From NCBI GenBank assembly GCA_951406725.2, contig OX597823.1, forward strand, positions 42,346,001 to 42,410,000: 64,000 nt of DNA, in the 5' to 3' direction. This document shows, piece by piece, positions 63,933 through 64,000 of this stretch (within the stretch, counting starts at the first letter, position 1; each line of letters opens with the position of its first letter). A program made the position numbers and the translations under genes. Under the pieces are notes generated by a model. It saw nothing but the letters and a program-made list of their open reading frames with translations. It ran no database searches and was not told the DNA's origin. This DNA comes from Octopus vulgaris (lineage: Eukaryota).

Positions 63933-64000
63933 CCTCCTTCTTTCCTGAGCGTCCAATAATACTATATTTGTTCCACGTCCTCGCGTTGTGTTTTTTTGTG

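Overview
This is AT-rich, microsatellite-dense animal genomic DNA. The SINE, LINE and mariner repertoire resembles an octopus (coleoid cephalopod) genome, which is an inference. Only one host gene is visible: two phase-1 coding exons on the + strand (40397-40570 and 45299-45573, ending in TAA). They encode the last two sushi/CCP domains of a LEV-9/Hikaru genki-like synaptic protein. No other CCP exon was found upstream, so 1-40396 is probably one very large intron or several. TE-poor, pyrimidine-rich islands in it hold candidate microexons. Most of the rest is transposon debris: tRNA-derived SINEs, RTE and RLE LINE fragments, Penelope-like fragments, mariner/maT deletion derivatives, TTAA MITEs and Helitron/Helentron-like elements, often nested. 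The most striking signal is a set of at least five unrelated short elements carrying minimal hammerhead ribozyme motifs. Most are head-to-head inverted insertions, some with a one-sided tail. One family fuses a Pol III tRNA-like head to the hammerhead and is flanked by 12-14 bp target-site duplications. It looks like a ribozyme-bearing SINE mobilised by Penelope-like elements. Almost all listed ORFs are microsatellite or repeat artefacts.
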